Positions 59,520 through 64,000 of a DNA stretch of 64,000 nucleotides are shown here, piece after piece. Both the position numbers and the translations under genes were made by a program. The first letter of the stretch is position 1, and each line of letters begins with the position of its first letter. The notes below the pieces were generated by a model. The model did not search any database. It saw only the letters and a list, made by a program, of their open reading frames with translations, and was not told where the DNA came from. Origin of the DNA: an uncultured Solirubrobacterales bacterium (GTDB taxonomy: Bacteria; Actinomycetota; Thermoleophilia; Solirubrobacterales; 70-9); the NCBI GenBank assembly GCA_963725475.1, contig CAVRYR010000006.1:329450-393449 (forward strand), written 5' to 3'.

Positions 59520-61231
59520 TGAGCGACGGACGCACCCTCGCCCCGCAGCGCCCCGAGCTCGTCAGCGACGCGCCCGCGCCGTCGCGGCCGCGCTGGCTCG
59601 AGATGGTGATGAGCACCGACCACAAGGACGTCGGGCGAATCCAGATCGGAGCGGCGCTCAGCTTCCTGGTGCTCGGGATCGTCGGCTTCCTGCTGATCCG
59701 GCTGCAGCTCGGCGTCCCCGAGAACAACCTGATCGAGCCGGTCACCTTCAACCGCATCCTCTCCGTCGACAGCGCCACCCTGATCGTCCTCTTCGCGGTG
59801 CCCTTCGTCTTCGGCCTCTACACCTACGTGGTCCCGCTCCAGATCGGGGCGCGGGCGATGGCCTTTCCCCGGTTGGCGTCGCTCTCCCTGTGGCTATTCG
59901 TGTTCGGCGGAGCCCTGCTCTACATCAGCTTCGCGTACACGCCGCCCGAGACCGGGTTCAACGCCTGGCCGCCGCTCTCCGACCTCACCTTCACGTCCAA
60001 CAACGGCCCCGACGTCTGGATCACAGCGGTCGGCCTCGCCACGCTGGGGATGGTCCTGCAGTCGATCAACCTGGCGGTGACGATCGCGAAGCTGCGCGCG
60101 CCCGGCCTGGCCTGGCGGCGCCTGCCCACGTTTGCCTTCTCGGGCGCCGTCTCCAGCTGGACGATGATCGTCGCGGGTTCGGCGATGCTCGCCGCTCTGG
60201 TGATGCTGGAGGTCGACCGCCACTTCGGCGGTGTCTTCTTCGACGCGGGCGAGGGCGGGGCGCCGATCTTCTACCAGCATCTGAGCTGGATCTTCTTCAC
60301 CGGCTGCTACCTGGTCTTCCTGCTGCCGGCGATCGGCACGATCTCCGAGATCCTGCCCGTTTTCTGCGGCAAGCCGCTGCTCTCGCGAAGCGCGCTGATG
60401 GCGTCGATGGCGGCGATCATGCCGCTCGGCCTGCTGGCCTGGATGCAGAACATGATGACCGCGTCGATCCCGATCGGCTGGCTCTACGGGGCGATGCTGA
60501 TGGCGCTGCTGCTTGCGATCCCGCTCGGGATCGTGTTCGTCAACTGGCTCGGCACGCTCGCGGGCGGCGTGCTGCGCATGCGGGCGCCGCTGGTCTTCGC
60601 CGTCGCGTCGATCTCCACGCTCGCCTTCGGCCTGGTCGGCGAGCTGATCCAGAGCGTCATCCCGGTGAACTGGCTGCTCGCCGACACCACGGCCTCCACT
60701 GCCGCCACCGGCTATGTCCTGGTGGGTGGACCGGTCCTCGGCGGCTTCGCCGCCCTCTACTACTGGTTCCCGAAGATCACCGGCCGCACGATGGGCGAGG
60801 ACCTGGCCAAGGCCTCCGCGGCCCTGATCGTGCTGGGCGCCCAGGCGACCTTCATCCCGCTCTTCCTCGCCGGGCTCGAGGGTCAGCAGGTGGACATCTT
60901 CAAGTTCTTCGAAGCCAGCGACGCGATCAACGCCGAGCACCTCAACGCCCTCAACCTGATCGCGACGATCGGCGCCTTCATCCTCGCGCTCGGCATCGTG
61001 CTCTCGATCGTCAACGCGTACCTGGGCATCACGAAGGGGACCCCCGCCGGCCACGATCCATGGGGCGGCGAGACGCTCGAGTGGTTCGCCACCTCCCCGC
61101 CCCCGCCGCACAACTTCGACGTCGTCCCGGACGTGCGGAGCGACGAGCCGTTGCGCGACATTCGCGAGGCAATCCGCCGCCGGGACGCCTCCCGCAGCGA
61201 ACCGGCGGAGACGACCGAGCCGGTAGCCTGA
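59519..61231 (+). CDS. heme-copper oxidase subunit I homologue lacking all six canonical His ligands
   Basis: TGATG overlap with subunit II. 570 aa, 12-TM scaffold motifs kept (STDHKDVG, MAFPRL, VDRHFGG, YQHLSW, PVFCGKP, YYWFPKITGR, DPWGGETLEWFATSPPPPHNF). Ligand positions read S, T, Q, N, A, G (details in finding). Confidence 0.85.
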   Translation: MSDGRTLAPQRPELVSDAPAPSRPRWLEMVMSTDHKDVGRIQIGAALSFLVLGIVGFLLIRLQLGVPENNLIEPVTFNRILSVDSATLIVLFAVPFVFGLYTYVVPLQIGARAMAFPRLASLSLWLFVFGGALLYISFAYTPPETGFNAWPPLSDLTFTSNNGPDVWITAVGLATLGMVLQSINLAVTIAKLRAPGLAWRRLPTFAFSGAVSSWTMIVAGSAMLAALVMLEVDRHFGGVFFDAGEGGAPIFYQHLSWIFFTGCYLVFLLPAIGTISEILPVFCGKPLLSRSALMASMAAIMPLGLLAWMQNMMTASIPIGWLYGAMLMALLLAIPLGIVFVNWLGTLAGGVLRMRAPLVFAVASISTLAFGLVGELIQSVIPVNWLLADTTASTAATGYVLVGGPVLGGFAALYYWFPKITGRTMGEDLAKASAALIVLGAQATFIPLFLAGLEGQQVDIFKFFEASDAINAEHLNALNLIATIGAFILALGIVLSIVNAYLGITKGTPAGHDPWGGETLEWFATSPPPPHNFDVVPDVRSDEPLRDIREAIRRRDASRSEPAETTEPVA

Positions 61232-61235
61232 CGCC

Positions 61236-62279
61236 ATGGCCGGACCCGTTGCCGGCGGCGGCGGGGAGCAGCTCCGTCGGTTTCGCCGCTTGGCAGACCT
61301 CACCGCTGTTGTCACCTTCCTGCTGATCGTCGTCGGCGGCGTCGTCCGCGTGAGCGAGTCCGGCCTGGGCTGCGGCCCGGGCGGCAGCGGGACGAAGGGC
61401 TGGCCGCTCTGCGGCGGCCAGGTGATCCCGCTGGTCGGCAACGAGAACCGGATCATCGAGTTCTCCCACCGGCTGCTCGCCACCGTGGTCGTGCTCCTGA
61501 TCGCGGCTCCTCTGCTACCGCGCGTATCGCGATCTGCGCGAGCGGAGCGGCTGGGCCTTCCGCGGCAGCCTGATCGCCGGCGTCGCTGGTGCTGGCGCAG
61601 GCGGCCCTCGGCGGGCTCACCGTCGAGCACAGCCTTGCCGAAGAGCTGGTCGCCGCCCATCTCGGCACCGCGATGCTGCTGCTCGGCCTGCTGCTCTGGC
61701 TCGGCGCGAAGGCGCGCTCCGAGGCCGCGGCCGACGCGGGAGCGCGAGCACCGGTCGGTCCGGGGGCTGAAGCCCTACGCGGCGACCGCCGCCGTCCTGC
61801 TCTTCTGCGCGATCGTCGCCGGCGGCTACATGGCCGGCACCGAGGAGAGGGGCGTCGGCGAGGTTGGCCCCAACGTCGCCGGGGCGCACATGGCGTGCGG
61901 CAAGATGTTCCCCGAGTGCGGGTCGGGCAGGTTCCTGCCGTTCGGAAACAACCGGCTCACCGACATCCATCTCACCCACCGCGCCTTCGTCTACCTGGCG
62001 ACGATCGCGATCATCGTGCTGCTCCTGGTCGCCTTCGCGCGCGGGTCGCGCGACCGGCTGCTCGCCCTGGCCGCACTGCTGCTCTTCTGCCAGGTGCTGC
62101 TCGGCGCCCTCAACGTCTGGCTCGGCGAGCACGGCCCGCTGATCGTCGCCCACCTGGCGACCGCGACGCTGCTCTGGGCGACGGTGGTGTCGATCGGCTA
62201 CCGGCTCGCCTGGATCCCGGCTGCGTCCGGTACCAGTCAGCGGGCGCCGCGCGCCGAGGCATCGGCGGCGGCCGCATGA
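61236..62279 (+). pseudogene. ctaA: heme A synthase (COX15/CtaA), three apparent +1 shifts within about 250 nt (about 61508, 61588, 61738)
   Basis: VRVSESGLGCGPGGSGTKGWPLCGG...EFSHRLLA (frame 0); LLCYRAYRDLRERSGWAFRGSLIAGV (frame 1); VLAQAALGGLTVEHSLAEELVAAHLGTAMLLLG (frame 2); then back to frame 0: KPYAATAAVLLFCAIVAGGY...HMACGKMFPECG...LTHRAFVY...IVAHLATATLLW. Confidence 0.85.
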
Positions 62280-62378
62280 GCGTCCACCTCGGCACAGGGA
62301 CCGAGCGGGTCGGGAACGCGCGCGCGCCCCGGCGGCGATCAGGTCTCGGTCACCCCGAGCGACGCGCGCGCCCGGACG

Positions 62379-63249
62379 ATGCGCCACGCGATCGCGGTCG
62401 CGAACGACTACGTCACCCTCACCAAGCCGCGGATCATCTCCCTGCTGCTGCTCACCTGCGTGGCGACGATGTTCGTCGCCGACCCCTCGGGCCCCGCCCT
62501 CTCGACCATCCTCTGGACCTGCCTCGGCGGCTACCTGGCCGCCGGCGGCGCCGGGGCGATCAACCACTACATCGAGCGCGAACCGGACGCCCGTATGGCC
62601 CGGACGCCGCGGCCGCCCCCTGGCCAGCGGGCGGATCGAGCCGCGGCGCGGGCTGCTCTTCGGCTCCGCGCTCGGGCTCGTCGCCGTCGTCCAGCTGGCG
62701 ATCACCGTCAATGCCCTGACCGCGGCGCTGGCGGCAGCCGGACTGCTCGGCTACGTCTTCGTCTACACGCTCTGGCTGAAGCCGCGGACGCCGCAGAACA
62801 TCGTCCTCGGGGGCGCCGCCGGCGCGATGCCGCCGCTGGTCGGCTGGGCGGCCGCCACCGGGGAGCTCTCGGCGCAGGCGCTGTGGATGTTCGCGATCGT
62901 CTTCTTCTGGACGCCGCCGCACTTCTGGGCGCTCTCGCTGCTGATCTCCGACGACTACGCCCGCACCGGCGTGCCGATGCTGCCCGTCGTCCGCGGGGAG
63001 ACCACCACGCGCCACCAGATCGTCGGCTACGCGCTGCTCCTGGTCGCGATCACGATCGGGCCGGTGATCACGGGCCTGTTCGGGACCGCCTACCTGATCG
63101 CCGCCCTCGCCCTCGGCGCCGGCTTCGTCGGCCTCGCTCTGGTGCTGCTCGTCAACCCCTCCCGGCCCGCCGCCCGGCGGCTCTACCTGAGCTCGCTCGC
63201 CTACCTGGCGCTGCTCTTCATCGCGATGGCCCTCGACCGGGCGTTATAG
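62379..63249 (+). pseudogene. ctaB: protoheme IX farnesyltransferase (heme O synthase), frameshift near 62612 in a C5 run
   Basis: DYVTLTKPRIISLLLLT...GAGAINHYIEREPDARMARTP, then the next frame has LASGRIEP...YTLWLKPRTPQNIVLGGAAGAMPPLVGWAA...FFWTPPHFWALSL...DYARTGVPMLPVV. Confidence 0.85.
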
Positions 63250-63302
63250 GGTTCCGCGCGCATGGATCGCGAGACGCGCCAGGGCCACGATCCGCGTCGG
63301 GC

Positions 63303-63377
63303 ATGCTGTCGGCCGGCAGCCTCGCGCTGCTGGTCTTCGCGCTGGCCTTCTACATCTCGATCCTCTACCTGCGATGA
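63303..63377 (+). CDS. candidate 24-aa hydrophobic peptide
   Basis: MLSAGSLALLVFALAFYISILYLR. Its stop overlaps the ATG of the next small ORF (ATGA). Purely positional and hydrophobicity evidence. Confidence 0.25.
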   Translation: MLSAGSLALLVFALAFYISILYLR

Positions 63378-63636
63378 GCCAGCCCGCGAAGCCGACCGAG
63401 TCGATCTACCTGCCTCGGCCGACCGTCTGGCCCGCGCTGCTCGCCTTCGGGCTGATCACGCTCGTGGTCGGCCTGTTCGCCTGGTGGCCCTACTCCGTGA
63501 TCGGCGGGGCGATCGCGCTCTTCTCCTGATCGCCTGGCTGCGCGTCAACAGCGGCGAGATCGCCCGCATGCCGCGGCGCCAGCAGACGGACACCGCGCCG
63601 ATCCCGCTGTCGCTCTGGGAGCCCGGCGACGAGTAG
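63374..63636 (+). pseudogene. small 2-TM protein, possibly oxidase-associated, frameshift near 63522
   Basis: MSQPAKPTESIYLPRPTVWPALLAFGLITLVVGLFAWWPYSVIGGAIALF, then the next frame has LLIAWLRVNSGEIARMPRRQQTDTAPIPL... No family recognised with confidence. Confidence 0.4.
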
Positions 63637-63655
63637 CCCGGCGGCCTGACGCGCC

Positions 63656-64000
63656 CTACGGGGGCGTCATCGACGAGGTCGCCCCGAACCTCGTCCAGCA
63701 GCGCACGATGTCGCGCATCGAGAGGACGCCGACCAGCTCGCCCCGGTCGACGACCACCAGGTGGCGGATGCCGCGCTGCACCATCTCCTCGGCCGCCTGC
63801 TCGAGGCTCCAGTCGGGCGCCGCCGAGATGACGCTCTCGGACATGTGATCGGCGACCTTCTCGGCGTCCGGGTCCTTGCCGGTGCCGACCGCCTTGAGGA
63901 TGTCGCGCTCGGTGATGATCCGCGGCCCCGGCGACTCGTCGTCGAAGACCAGGGCGGCGCCGGTGCCCTTCTCGGTCATCTTGGTCGCCGTCTCGCGCAG
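63656..64000 (-). CDS. CBS domain protein (N-terminus beyond window end)
   Basis: ...GAALVFDDESPGPRIITERDILKAV...VISAAPDWSLEQAAEEMVQRGIRHLVVVDRGELVGVLSMRDIV. The reading frame stays open upstream of the track ATG to the window edge. Confidence 0.75.
   Translation of the reverse strand: MRETATKMTEKGTGAALVFDDESPGPRIITERDILKAVGTGKDPDAEKVADHMSESVISAAPDWSLEQAAEEMVQRGIRHLVVVDRGELVGVLSMRDIVRCWTRFGATSSMTPP

Noticed and set aside
58770-61231. Interpretation of the CuA-less subunit II as a sign of an ordinary quinol oxidase (Qox/Cyo type).
   Set aside because: Quinol oxidases keep all six subunit I histidines and the D/K channel residues. Here all are substituted.

Overview
About 70% GC chromosomal segment with actinobacterial-type synteny (valS-folC-ndk, tig-clpP...clpX). 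It also carries a lateral cell-wall elongation set (mreB, mrdA, rodA, mreC, rodZ-like). By inference this fits a rod-shaped deep-branching Actinomycetota lineage such as Thermoleophilia or Rubrobacteria. Main blocks: (1) 1-13 kb, cell shape and housekeeping (mreC, rodA, PBP2, mreB, maf, ndk, folC, valS, GroES-like, RodZ-like, clpX). (2) 13-17.6 kb, a decayed accessory insert between clpX and clpP. (3) 17.6-27.3 kb, clpP, tig, CtaG-like, corA, ATL, OsmC, PASTA kinase, multicopper oxidase. (4) 27.3-33.3 kb, an island bounded by a duplicated tRNA-His 3' end, carrying GT87-like and GT39 glycosyltransferases, a lipase-like hydrolase and gene fragments. (5) 33-47.5 kb, tRNA-His/Arg/Pro, alsD, epimerase, DUF1015, PduO, SDR, Nudix and a beta-oxidation cluster. 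(6) 47.5-56.8 kb, trxB, membrane lipid-related genes, a YdiJ-like FAD/Fe-S oxidoreductase, a benzoylformate decarboxylase-like enzyme and dinB. (7) 56.9-63.6 kb, an SCP2-SCP2-R2-like fusion diverging from a coxII-like/coxI-like-ctaA-ctaB operon. The most striking observation is in block 7. The heme-copper oxidase subunit I and II homologues keep their scaffold, but every heme, CuB and CuA ligand and the proton-channel residues are substituted. Important caveat: I count at least 25 apparent single-base frameshifts in otherwise well-conserved genes, including folC, trxB, ctaA and ctaB, and they are unevenly distributed. These are either indel errors in the assembly or real gene decay, and all pseudogene calls depend on which it is. 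No CRISPR array, transposase or integrase was recognised. All homology statements come from reading motifs by eye; no searches were run.
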